A DNA stretch of 64,000 bases from an uncultured Candidatus Rokubacteria bacterium (GCA_963805625.1 CAWDVE010000017.1:128001-192000), one strand, 5' to 3'; counted from the stretch's first letter, positions 30,501 to 39,231 are shown. Made by a program: numbers and translations. Notes: generated by a model not told the origin, from the sequence alone.

Positions 30501-31605
30501 GCAGTGTCACGCGGCGGGGCTCCCAGCGGACGGTTGCCGCCGGCGCGTCCGCGGCCATCGGCGGCCGAGGTGGGCCCGTGGGAGCCACCACCTCGGGCGC
30601 GGCCTCCGGCGACGATCCGGGCCGAGATCCGCCCGGCCGGAGCCGGTGCTTGGTGATGCGGTACCGCAGCGTGTCGCGGGAGATCCCGAGCCGCCGGGCG
30701 GCGCGCGTCACGTTCCAGAACGTCTCGTCGAGCGCTTCGAGGAGCTGCGTCCGCTCGACCGCGCCCAGCGTGGCGTCGAGGGCGCGGCCCGGGGCGGGCG
30801 GGTCGCCCCGCTCCTCGACGAAGCTGGCGGCGGGGGGGATGTCCAGCATCGCCGCTGTCACCACCGCGCCGTCGACGAGGAGGGCCACCCGCTCCATCGT
30901 GTTCATCAGCTCCCGGACGTTTCCTGGCCACGGATGGCGGAGCAGCGCCGTGCGCGCCTCCGGCGCGAGGCTCTTGGCTGCCAGGCCATATTCGGCGCAG
31001 GCCACGCCCAGGTAGTGCTGCGCCAGCAGGACCACGTCCTCGCCCCTCTCACGGAGCGGCGGCAGCCGCAGGGTCACGACGGCGAGCCGGTGATAGAGAT
31101 CCTTGCGGAAGCGCCGGGCGTCCACCGCCGCCGCGAGATCCTCGTTGCTCGCGGTGATGATCCAGACATCGACGGGCTCGGAGCGGGTGGCGCCGAGCCG
31201 CCGGACGGCGCGGTCCTCCAGGACCTTCAGGAGCTTGGCCTGGAGGCTGTCGGGCAGGAGCGCCACCTCGTCGAGGAAGAGCGTGCCGCGGTTGGCCGCC
31301 TGGAACAGCCCGGCCTTCGGCTGGCGCGCGTCCGTGAAGGCCCCGCGCTCGAAGCCGAACAGCTCGGACTCGAGCAGGGTCTCGGGGAGGGCGGCGCAGT
31401 TGAGGGGGACGAACGGCTGCTCCGCGCGGGGCCCCTCGTCGTGAAGCATGCGTGCGAGCAGACCCTTGCCCACCCCGGTTTCCCCCTGGATGAGCAGCGG
31501 TGGCAGCCGCCCCCGATCGGAGGGGTGCTGGAGCAGCCGGGCGGCACTCTCCCGGAGCGCGATGATGCCGGGCGAGTTGCCGAGGAGCGCGGCCAGCGGG
31601 CCCAT
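27535..31605 (-). CDS. sigma54 activator fused to a degenerate cyclase-like domain, STAND ATPase and TPRs (paralog 1)
   Basis: GETGVGK, ESELFG.ERGAFTDA, LFLDEV, WPGNVREL, Fis HTH AARRLGISRDTLRYR; then GEAGIGKSRL, EDLQWID, GNPFFLEE, FKHALTQEV and helical repeats; start chosen at MGPLAALLG. Confidence 0.9.
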   Translation of the reverse strand: MGPLAALLGNSPGIIALRESAARLLQHPSDRGRLPPLLIQGETGVGKGLLARMLHDEGPRAEQPFVPLNCAALPETLLESELFGFERGAFTDARQPKAGLFQAANRGTLFLDEVALLPDSLQAKLLKVLEDRAVRRLGATRSEPVDVWIITASNEDLAAAVDARRFRKDLYHRLAVVTLRLPPLRERGEDVVLLAQHYLGVACAEYGLAAKSLAPEARTALLRHPWPGNVRELMNTMERVALLVDGAVVTAAMLDIPPAASFVEERGDPPAPGRALDATLGAVERTQLLEALDETFWNVTRAARRLGISRDTLRYRITKHRLRPGGSRPGSSPEAAPEVVAPTGPPRPPMAADAPAATVRWEPRRVTLLRAVIDGPPSDDGRLYPSRLIEALIEKARSFGGRMEDLGPSGIVATFGLEPVEDATRRAAHAAVAIRKAVERERRTEPPWITIRLGIHVTQLLVGYAGRDIRLELDGKRRAWQALEGLVLRADPDRTVVSETAAPFLDRRFTLVPLPAPAPADGPVYRLDGVERAGFGSGRRLTALAGRSRELELLRDRFAAAADGHGQVVGIVGEAGIGKSRLLLELRRSLRSERAVWVEGHCLSYGSAVPYLPVIAILRRSLRIAEGDSPASIARKVRAGLEDLEMEPEEWAPYLHHLLGMKEGTEPLSMLSRDAIRARTVDALRQMGLRGSRQRPIVFVCEDLQWIDGSSEECLASLIEAAAGASVLSLLTYRPGYRPPWMDKSYATQLALQPLSRGDSQRIVESLLVMGSAQEALAPAILSKAEGNPFFLEELCRAVSEEPDAGGGIAVPDTVEEALRARIDRLPEDVKDTLRLASVIGREVPLRLLQAVWRGPGDIQQQLRELTRLEFVYEQTRPGESVHVFKHALTQEVVYDSLPVAQRQALHAAAARALERLYEGRLEEADDRLAYHYARTDQADSAVGCLSRMAEKAARGYAHTEALGLLEEALAHVERLPANVRDHRRLRLVLRKASTLIHLGRFRETLGLLLHWKASLDRLDDAAMSAYNHFLLARTHLFLGDRERAIESAERAIADSTRSGDTATRGKAHYVLAQEAPLSGRAAEGIKHALESLTCLESTGDEWWIGQAHWVVGLNHAQLGELGAALEAETRALIIGEAGGNRQLQASALCATGIIHTALGHAESGIEACQQSLSVAPDPLTRAVALGWLGFSFVEHSDAARAMPALEAAVQQHGAFPFPQFQGWFTAFLADAYRLDGRRERALATAREALEITRAARSAYGVGLALRALGRVQLATGALAEAMATLHEAGTTFEAIQARYDVARVWMDRGEAALATGDRTSAAQHWEHARQWFVDLRVPHWAERAEALARTLDAPA

Positions 31606-31663
31606 GGGTGCCGGTATCCTACGCCCGTTCGACCGGCCGACGCACCCGGTCGGCCTTCCGCGC

Positions 31664-31694
31664 TCCCCCACCCAAATTGGGGGTTTCCCCACCG
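31664..31694 (+). promoter_or_regulatory. Candidate enhancer (UAS): two CCCCACC copies
   Basis: CCCCACC at 31666 and 31687; the same motif occurs twice at the paralogous locus. Confidence 0.45.
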
Positions 31695-31758
31695 CACCTA
31701 CCTGGATCGGCGGCCCCGCAGCCATCGCAACCTCCTGTTTTTTGGCGATCGAGCCTTG

Positions 31759-31773
31759 TGGCATTCCCGTTGC
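31759..31773 (+). promoter_or_regulatory. sigma54 -24/-12 promoter
   Basis: TGGCATTCCCGTTGC matches TGGCAC-N5-TTGC spacing; 34 bp before ATG 31808 with AGGAG RBS. Confidence 0.8.
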
Positions 31774-31807
31774 CCTGTTTCTAGGGTGCAAGCAAGGAGC
31801 CACGCAA

Positions 31808-32281
31808 ATGAGCGAAAGCAAGGTTCGCGAGGTGACGAGGTCCGAGCCGCCCATGGGGCGCGCCAACGTCCGCGTGGCGTGGTGGATGATCGGCGGGAGC
31901 ATGGCCGTCGGCGCCGTGCTGGGGCTGTGGTCCTTCGGGGGTCCGGTGGCGCCCCCGCCCGGATTCCGGGCGTTCGACGACCTGCCCCGGCGCCTGGTGC
32001 GGCTGGGCCACATCGCCGCCATCGCGCTTCCGGCGCTGAACCTGCTCTACGTTCCCTGGATGGCGCGTTCGCGCTGGGGCGGCTCCGCGCAGCGTGCGGG
32101 GTGTCGACTGCTCCTCTTCGGCACGGTGGCTCTGCCGAGTCTCCTCATGCTGGCGGCCTTCTGGAGTCCGGGGCGCTACCTGCTTCCGATCCCCGTGACG
32201 ACGCTGATCGCCGCCGTCTGGCTCCTAGCAGCCGGCCTTCCGGCGCGGGCCCGCGGCCCGCGGGAGGACGCGTTCCCATGA
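31808..32281 (+). CDS. Hypothetical 4-TM membrane protein
   Basis: Four hydrophobic segments, RRLVRLGHIA motif; stop overlaps the next ATG. Confidence 0.75.
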   Translation: MSESKVREVTRSEPPMGRANVRVAWWMIGGSMAVGAVLGLWSFGGPVAPPPGFRAFDDLPRRLVRLGHIAAIALPALNLLYVPWMARSRWGGSAQRAGCRLLLFGTVALPSLLMLAAFWSPGRYLLPIPVTTLIAAVWLLAAGLPARARGPREDAFP

Positions 32282-33663
32282 GGATCGGGTTGATGGCGAT
32301 GAGCGGCGTCCGCGTGCGCACGACCGAGCTTGCCGCGCTCGGGGTGACGCTCCCGGGCTTCGTCCGCCGTGGCCGGGTCATCGCCCAGCTGCCGAGCCTC
32401 GGGCTCCTCACCGTAGCGGGGCTCACGCCCCCGGGTCACGAGATCACCTATCTCGAGGTCGACGACCTCCAGGGCTTCGGCACCCTGCCCGAGTTCGATC
32501 TCGTGGGGATCTCGAGCTTCACCGCCCGGATCGATGCCGCCTACGCGCTCGCCGGGCGGTTCCGGGCGCAGGGCGTGCCCGTCGTGCTGGGCGGGCTCCA
32601 CGTCTCGCTCCTGCCGGACGAGGCGCTCGAGCACGCCGACGCCGTGGTCGTCGGCGGAGCCGAGGGAGCCTGGCCGCGCCTCCTGGCCGACGCCGAGCGG
32701 GGTCGGCTCGCGCGCCGCTACGGGGGGGCGCTCGATCGGGTCTTCGAGCCTGGTCGCTACGCCGTCCCGCGGTTCGACCTTCTCGGGGGCCGCCCGTACA
32801 ATCGGATCACCGTCCAGAGCTCGCGGGGCTGCCCGCGGGCGTGCGAGTTCTGCGCGGCGAGCCTCCGGATCACGTCGCGCTTCAACCAGAAGCCGGTGGA
32901 CCGCGTGATCGCCGAGATCCGCGCCGCCCGCGGATACGTCGCGGAGCCGTTCTTCGAGCTGGCGGACGACAACACGTTCCTCGACCGGCGCTGGGCGGAG
33001 GACTTTCTCCGCGCCGTGACGCCGGAGGGGATCCGCTACTTCACCGAGACTGACGTCTCCGTGGCCGACGACCCCGCGCTGTGCGACCGTCTGGCCGCGT
33101 CCGGCTGCCGGCAGCTCCTGATCGGCTTCGAGAGCCCGCGCGCGGACGACCTGGCGGGGCTCGATCCGGCAGAGTGGAAGCGCCGGCGGGCGCCGCACCT
33201 CCGGCGTGTGGTCGACACGCTCCAGTCGCGAGGGGTGAGCGTCAACGGCTGTTTCATTCTCGGGCTCGACGCCCACACGCCGGACGTCTTTGGCGAGGTT
33301 CTCGAATTCGTCCGCGGCTCGGGGCTCGCCGAGGTGCAGTACACGGTGCTGACTCCGTTCCCCGGCACCCCGCTCCACGCGCGGCTCCGCCGCGAGGGCC
33401 GGCTGCTCCAGGAGCGGTTCTGGGACCGGTGCACGCTCTTCGACGTGACGTTCACGCCGAAGCGCATGACCGTCGAGGAGCTCGAGGCCGGGCTCCGCTG
33501 GCTGTTCGAGGAGACCTACACGCGCCGGGAGACCGAGACACGGCTCCAGAGTTTCGTCGCGCAGCGCCGGGACGCGCGTCTGGGGGCCCGACGCGCCGCG
33601 GTCGAGCACCCCACAAAGCCCGCCGCACCGCTCCTCACCTCGAGTGACGGTATGGGGCCCTGA
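32278..33663 (+). CDS. B12-binding-domain radical SAM enzyme
   Basis: [24 protein letters not shown]-terminal domain; [11 protein letters not shown] CxxxCxxC; [17 protein letters not shown]. Confidence 0.9.
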   Translation: MRIGLMAMSGVRVRTTELAALGVTLPGFVRRGRVIAQLPSLGLLTVAGLTPPGHEITYLEVDDLQGFGTLPEFDLVGISSFTARIDAAYALAGRFRAQGVPVVLGGLHVSLLPDEALEHADAVVVGGAEGAWPRLLADAERGRLARRYGGALDRVFEPGRYAVPRFDLLGGRPYNRITVQSSRGCPRACEFCAASLRITSRFNQKPVDRVIAEIRAARGYVAEPFFELADDNTFLDRRWAEDFLRAVTPEGIRYFTETDVSVADDPALCDRLAASGCRQLLIGFESPRADDLAGLDPAEWKRRRAPHLRRVVDTLQSRGVSVNGCFILGLDAHTPDVFGEVLEFVRGSGLAEVQYTVLTPFPGTPLHARLRREGRLLQERFWDRCTLFDVTFTPKRMTVEELEAGLRWLFEETYTRRETETRLQSFVAQRRDARLGARRAAVEHPTKPAAPLLTSSDGMGP

Positions 33664-33690
33664 GGCAGGCGCCGCGCCCGGGCGCGTGTC

Positions 33691-33735
33691 TCGGCCCTCT
33701 CAAGGCCGAAACACGGGTTCGAATCCCGCAGGACG
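33691..33735 (+). pseudogene. 3' fragment of tRNA-Glu(CTC), att-like scar
   Basis: Anticodon arm CGGCC-CTCTCAA-GGCCG followed by AAAC and T-arm ACGGG-TTCGAAT-CCCG; no D-arm or 5' acceptor strand, no CCA. Confidence 0.8.
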
Positions 33736-33739
33736 AAGC

Positions 33740-34509
33740 CTTCCGCCCTCGGCAACCAGGCCACCACCATCTCACCACGGTGAGTCACGACATCGTTGAC
33801 CGCGTAGTCCGTGGACCGTGCCCATTCACCTTTGAAGACCATGCCCACGGAGCCAGTGGGCCCGGGTATCCCAGGCGGGCCCGGTGGACCCGGTGGTCCC
33901 AGAGCCCCGCTCGGGCCCGCCGGACCAGCCGGCCCCGGGATCCCCGCGGGACCAGAACGACCGACCGGCCCAGCGGCGCCCGACGGCCCCGGCGGGCCGG
34001 CCGGCCCCCTGGGCCCAGTCGGACCCTGCTTGCCCTCCACACCGATCGGACCCGGCTGCCCCGCCGGCCCCCCCGCGCCCCGCAGGACCACGGCGGCGAT
34101 CTGAGCCTAAGAGGCCTGGGCCCTGGAAGGGCTGGATGCCGGAGCCCGCCACACGCAGGAACAAGGGGCCGTCGATGCTGGGCGCACTGACCGTCGCGCC
34201 CAGGCGGAGGGCGCCAGTGCCCCCCGGTGGCTGCTGGCCCGCGGGCTCAAGGTCGACTCGTTCGACGAGCAACCCGGGCGTCCCGACCACGAGCTCCTCG
34301 GTGTGGAGCACCGTGGCGCAGGCGCCGTCCCCGCACATCTGGAATCGCAAGCTGTCGCCCGCGGAGACGCCCTGGACGAACGGCTCGCGCTCGACCAGGT
34401 AGCTGACCGGCACGCGGCCAGCGCCCACGGCCGGGGCGCCCGGCACCGTGATACTGACGGCCGTCCAGATCGCGAGGATAGTCGACGCTCGTGGCGAGAC
34501 AGGCTTCAT
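33740..34509 (-). pseudogene. Secreted collagen-like protein, disrupted
   Basis: Signal peptide and N-domain from ATG 34509; frameshift plus TAG near 34108; about 25 Gly-X-Y triplets; then [21 protein letters not shown], truncated at the tRNA fragment. Confidence 0.75.
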
Positions 34510-34579
34510 GACGGGTCTCCGTCGTTCGGGCGTGGGGGGTCGGCACCACCGAGGGAACCGGCCGGGACTCCAACGGCTG

Positions 34580-35056
34580 TCATCGATGGCCGCTGGCCTC
34601 GCGCTCACGGGCGAACCTGTCGATCATCGTTTCGATGACGTCCACCAGGTGGCGTCTGGCGTCGGACACGGGCCCGTGGAGCACGAATGTGCTCCGCCAC
34701 GCTTCGGCCCGCGAGAACTCGCCGGTCTCCACGACGATAGCCCGCCGGAGAACTGTCAGGTCGGCCACGCCGTAAAACACGGTCGGCGACGACGTGGCCA
34801 GGATGAGGAGGACCCGCAGGGCGTCCGGACAGGTCACCATGATCGGCAGTTTGGGCATACGCGTGCGCAGGGCGACCTCCACGGCGTCGCGCACCACCTC
34901 CCCCGTGATGCCGAGGTCGAGGGGAGCCACGAAGTCCCCGACGGCGACGTCGACGCACCACACGCGCTCGAGCAGAGCCTGGCGCGGTTCGTCCGCCCAG
35001 ACCGGTGCGCTACCGACGGACGCGATGAGGAGCAACGCAAGTGCGAGCCTATGCAT
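34580..35056 (-). CDS. Hypothetical secreted protein
   Basis: MHRLALALLLIASVGSAPVWA signal peptide followed by a globular-looking sequence. Confidence 0.6.
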   Translation of the reverse strand: MHRLALALLLIASVGSAPVWADEPRQALLERVWCVDVAVGDFVAPLDLGITGEVVRDAVEVALRTRMPKLPIMVTCPDALRVLLILATSSPTVFYGVADLTVLRRAIVVETGEFSRAEAWRSTFVLHGPVSDARRHLVDVIETMIDRFAREREASGHR

Positions 35057-35259
35057 CGCTCGAGGACCTGCTTCTGGCATGCGTGGCACGGCGGAAAGAC
35101 ATGAAAAACGCCTCCGGGAACCACCTTCTCCAAGTGCAATGCCGGAAACCTTCTTCAACAGGATCCACAGCTTTCCCCCGAGAAGGTCTCGATTTGGTGG
35201 GGGCCACCTGCCCACTTGGGGCATGGACACCCCAACAAGACAGAGGCGGCTCACACGCC

Positions 35260-35630
35260 GCCGGGAAGCTTCCCCCGTGCCCCGCAGAGGCCGGGGCTGA
35301 GAGTGGCGCCCTCGCCCGGTGCTCCTCGCCTGGCCCGCCTCTGCTATGACGGCCGGCACCAGGTTGGCGCGGAGCTAGCTCTACGCGCTGCTCGGCGCGG
35401 CCGCGCGCTCGGTCGGCCGGCATCACGGCGAAGCCTACTGCGCGCAGGTCCGCTATGGCTGCGAGGACCTGACGCTCCTGCGCCGGCGGGTGCGCACGTT
35501 CAAGGGCGACATCGAGAAGCTGCCCCGCCGTAGGCTGCCGAAGATCGCGCCCATCGCCGCCACGCGGAAGCTGCTGATCGCTGTCTATCACGTCTCCAAG
35601 GATCGCCGGCCGTTCATCGCCGCGCGTGGT
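35260..35630 (+). mobile_element. IS110-family transposase remnant (frameshifted, internally deleted)
   Basis: RLARLCYDGRHQVG, ASVGRHHGEAYCAQVRYGCEDL and the C-terminal KIAPIAATRKLLIAVYHVSKDRRPF motif typical of IS110. Confidence 0.55.
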
Positions 35631-35857
35631 GGCACCTGCGGACACATTCGGGGCGCTCCCCAAACGACGACGGGCAGTACCCGACCCTTGACGGCAACAG
35701 CCCGTCGCCACGAAGAAAAGCCGCATCGCGCAACTGAGCTAATCGTCCGTGCGTGGGATCCTACCCACTCCCGGGACCGCCGTCAACGGCCGCGCCCGCC
35801 CGAATGCGCTGGTTGCCGGATGATCTCGTCCGTCGAGTCGTGGAAGAGCGCGAAGCC

Positions 35858-35947
35858 TCACGGCCCCGGGGGGGCCTCGGGCCAGAGGTCCGTGCCGAGG
35901 TACTTCAGCCCCGAGTCCGCGAGGACGACGGCGACGGTTCCGCCGGC
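35858..35947 (-). pseudogene. C-terminal remnant of a cysteine synthase-family PLP enzyme
   Basis: Minus-strand translation AGGTVAVVLADSGLKYLGTDLW resembles the DSGxKYLS tail; there is no upstream body. Confidence 0.55.
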
Positions 35948-36402
35948 AATTCAATGGCTCGAGCTGGCGTCGAAAGTGTTGCGTCGCACGCGTTGGGTTC
36001 CGAGTATCGCGCGGCGCGGAGGCGAGCTTCCTGCGCATGGTTTCAGGCCATGGTGATAGGCGAGCACGTTCACGATCAGCCTTGTCCGATGCGTCATCGC
36101 GTACGGCGTCGAGCCCGAAGTCAGAGACTACCTCGAGCAGGGCCCGCTCCTGATCGGTGCGGGCTCCGGTGCCCGCCGCCTCCACCCTGTCTGCGCACCG
36201 AGCCGAGAGGCCGTCCGGGCCTGCCCGCCACGTCGTCCTCGTGCCTGGCCCGCGCCCCCTCGCGTCGCGCCTTGAGGTGCGCTATGGTGGGCAGGAGGCG
36301 CCCGGGGCGATGGCGCTGAGGGCGAGGCCGCGCGCCACGCGATATCGCACGTTGCGGAGCGGCTCGGTGGACGCGGCGTCTGGCAGCGGGAAGACTCCGG
36401 CG

Positions 36403-37563
36403 ATGACCGTCGAGGCCAAGGCGCGCGATCGATTCGCTCGGCACCTGATGGACGAGTTCGCCGAGGTCACCGGCCTTTCGGGAGGCCAACCGGCGCGCCG
36501 GTACCTGTGGACGGACGCCTTCGCCGTCTGCAACTTCCTCGGTCTCTATCGTCAGAGCGGTGAGGGAAGCTACCTGGACCTGGCGCTGCGCCTCGTCGAT
36601 CAGGTGCACCACGTGCTGGGGCGGTACCGTGCGGACGACACGCGCCAGGGCTGGATCGGGGGCCGCTCCGAAGGCGAGGGCGAGCGGCATCCCACCCGAG
36701 GCGGGCTCCGGATCGGCAAGCCGCTCCCCGAGCGCGCGCCTGGCGACCCATTCGACGCACGCCTCGAGTGGGACCGAGACGGCCAGTATTTCCATTACTT
36801 GACCCAGTGGCTGCACGCGCTCCACAGGATCCATCGCGAAACCAGCCAGCCGATCTTCCACACGTGGGCGGTCGAGTTGGCGCAGGCGGCTCATGCCGCC
36901 TTCGTCCGCTCGGACTCGCCGATGGGCGCGCCGCGGATGGTCTGGAAGATGAGCATCGACCTCGACCGCGTCCTCGTGCCTTCAACGGGACAGCACGATC
37001 CGCTCGACGCCTGGATCGCCTACCTCGAGCTGCGCGGCGCCGCAGCCGAGGCGGGATCGGCGCTTGGTTCTGCCACGCTCGAGCGGGAGATCGAGAAGGT
37101 GGCTGCACTCTGCCGGGGCGCCGCCTGGGCGACCGACGATCCGCTCGGCATCGGAGCCCTGCTGACCAGCGCGTATCGTCTGGCGGCGATGATGTTGGAC
37201 CACGGCGTTGAAGGCGGCGAGCTCCTGGAAGGAATCGTCGCAGCGGTCGAGGTCGGTCTCGCCGCCTACGCGCGTGGCGAGCCTCTGGCTGAACCGGTGA
37301 GCCGTCGGCTCGCGTTTCGCGAGCTCGGGCTCGCCATCGGCCTGCACGCGCTCGAGCGGATGCTGGCGCGCACCGCCAGACCCCAGCGGGTCCTGAAACG
37401 GCTGGCGGACCTTGCAGGCTATCTACCCCTGGCTGGACGGATCGACGACTTCTGGTGCGCCGTGGGCAACCGTCAGGAGCCCACCTGGCGCGCCCATGGC
37501 GACATCAACGCGGTGATGCTCGCGACGAGCTTGGCTCCGGGCGGATACCTCGGCCCGGAGTGA
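36403..37563 (+). CDS. Conserved hypothetical protein (RRYLWTDAF family), possibly an alpha/alpha-barrel
   Basis: Motif-rich intact ORF: RRYLWTDAFAVCNF, GGLRIGK, DGQYFHYLT, WKMSIDL, GQHDPLD, RLAFRELGL, DINAVML. Confidence 0.75.
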   Translation: MTVEAKARDRFARHLMDEFAEVTGLSGGQPARRYLWTDAFAVCNFLGLYRQSGEGSYLDLALRLVDQVHHVLGRYRADDTRQGWIGGRSEGEGERHPTRGGLRIGKPLPERAPGDPFDARLEWDRDGQYFHYLTQWLHALHRIHRETSQPIFHTWAVELAQAAHAAFVRSDSPMGAPRMVWKMSIDLDRVLVPSTGQHDPLDAWIAYLELRGAAAEAGSALGSATLEREIEKVAALCRGAAWATDDPLGIGALLTSAYRLAAMMLDHGVEGGELLEGIVAAVEVGLAAYARGEPLAEPVSRRLAFRELGLAIGLHALERMLARTARPQRVLKRLADLAGYLPLAGRIDDFWCAVGNRQEPTWRAHGDINAVMLATSLAPGGYLGPE

Positions 37564-37919
37564 CGAAGGGTCCGCGGATCGCTCGGGGTTCGGCGCTTCC
37601 AGGCCGCCGCTGCCCAGCGCCCGATCGCGACCGTGGCACGCCTCGGCAGTGGTGGCGGCGGAGCGCCGGGAGAGGGACACAGGCTACTTCGGGCAACGCC
37701 TTTGAGCCTGCTCGACCCTCTGGCCGACCGGGTTTCTCGGGACATGAGCTCGGCGCTCAGGCCAGACAGCACGACCAGGAGAATGATCACCCACCCGATG
37801 AACGCGATCGGGCTGAAGGCACTCCGCTCTATTTGCGCACTCAGCGCGGGGCTGTACTCGGGTCGCGCTCTTGGGGCGTTCGGCTTCGTTGCCATTGCGA
37901 TGGGCGCTCGGGGGCTCTC

Positions 37920-38170
37920 GAGGGGGATGGGCTTCTGTGTATCGTGCGGCACGCCGTCGAGACGGTTCTCCAGGCGGAGCCCGTGCCAGTGAACGGTGGC
38001 ATCGACGTCGCCGTCGTTCGTGACGTTCACGATGCTCTCGGAGCCCTGCCGGACGAGAAGCGTCGGGTCCGGGATGGATCTGTTGTACGCGAGCATCCGA
38101 ACGACGGTGTCACCGATCGGCTGGGCGACCGCAGCGACGCAGATCCGGCTCGTCCCCGTCGTCCAGTCGC
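37920..38170 (-). pseudogene. Multicopper oxidase N-terminal remnant
   Basis: RMLAYNRSIPDPTLLVRQG...TVHWHGLRLENRLDGVP with the first HWHG copper motif only. Confidence 0.7.
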
Positions 38171-38696
38171 ACGGTCGCCGTCAACCCGGCCGTCGGTAGT
38201 CCGGACACACCGCGCGAGAACGGTCCGATTCCCGCGTCGTCGTGATGCGGCATTTCTTCCATCTGAACCCCCGCTACCCGACTACCCCGCCTTCTAGGCG
38301 ACGACCCAGCTGGCGCGTGACTAGGGTGGCCGGAGTCTAGCGCCGCGTGGGCCGGGCCGGCAAGGGCCGGGGCGGACTCGACTTTGACCGGATCTCGATC
38401 GAGTGTGTGCACGGCAGCAAGCTGCCGTGACGGAGAATCAAGCGCGGTCGAAGAGCAGGACCTCGGCCACCCGTTCCCGGGTGACGCCCTATTCGTCGGG
38501 TTTTCGCGGGCGACCTCGGCGCTCTCAAAACCGTTTCTCCCGCGCTACAGTCGAGAGCCAGCGCCGTCACTCCCGCCTCCTTGCGGCCGAGCGAGGCGAC
38601 GGAGTATCTCATCAGCACCGTCTCCTGGCGCCCGGTCGGGTGAAGGCCCATCCCAGACTCGCCCCCGGGCGCGCGGGCCGGACCGTGCCGGGCCGC

Positions 38697-39230
38697 TCAG
38701 GGGGCCGGCGCGAGAAGCTTGTAGTAGAACGCGGTCGCGTCGAGGGTGCCCGTGGCGCTCCGCGCGTAGGCAGGGATCGCGCCGGCGAACGTCCAGCCCG
38801 CCGCCCGGTAGAGAACCTCCGAGGGATCGCCCTGCCGGGTGTCGAGGATGAGGGTCGTGCGCCCGAGCCGCCGGGCGTGATCGTCCAGGGCGAGCATGAG
38901 CGCGCGACCCACCCCCCGCCGGCGCGCGCGGCGGTGCACCATGACCTTCGACACCTCGGCTCGGTGCCGGGCGTTCGCGCGCATGGCGAGCTCCAGCTGG
39001 GCCGAGCCCACGAGCCCGAGCTCGCCGTCGCGAGCGGCGAGGACGACTCGCGAACCCTCCCGGAGTCCCGCGGCGACCGTGGCCCAGTACGATGCGGCCT
39101 CGGCGTCCCCCAGCGGCGGGAGGAACCCGACGGACGCGCCGCTCTCGACGGTGTCCCGGAGGAGCGCCACCAGGGCGGCGCGCTCGGCATCCACCTCCGC
39201 GACCGTCATCGGCTCGATCGAGAGGCTCAC
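38697..39230 (-). CDS. GNAT family N-acetyltransferase
   Basis: GASVGF, HRAEVSKVMV, ARRRGVGRALM, LYRAAGW; GTG lies 1 bp after the upstream stop. Confidence 0.9.
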   Translation of the reverse strand: MSLSIEPMTVAEVDAERAALVALLRDTVESGASVGFLPPLGDAEAASYWATVAAGLREGSRVVLAARDGELGLVGSAQLELAMRANARHRAEVSKVMVHRRARRRGVGRALMLALDDHARRLGRTTLILDTRQGDPSEVLYRAAGWTFAGAIPAYARSATGTLDATAFYYKLLAPAP

Positions 39231-39231
39231 G

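Noticed and set aside
31606-32022. N-terminal extension of activator 1 in the ORF track (1495 aa)
   Set aside because: Overlaps the divergent gene and promoter; similarity to paralog 2 starts near MGPLAALLG
30163-32277. Apparent 705-aa N-terminal extension on the radical SAM ORF
   Set aside because: Open frame antisense to the activator and crossing the promoter; the real start is the coupled ATG at 32278
33660-33740. Complete tRNA-Glu gene
   Set aside because: No D-arm, no pairing 5' acceptor strand and no CCA; only a 3' fragment is supported
33845-34075. Repetitive GGCCC-rich DNA as a possible CRISPR array or tandem DNA repeat
   Set aside because: The 9-bp periodicity is explained by Gly-X-Y codons; there are no identical repeats with unique spacers. 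No CRISPR array or cas gene was seen in the window
38200-38690. Short ORFs between the multicopper oxidase remnant and the GNAT gene
   Set aside because: No recognisable motif, RBS or consistent codon bias
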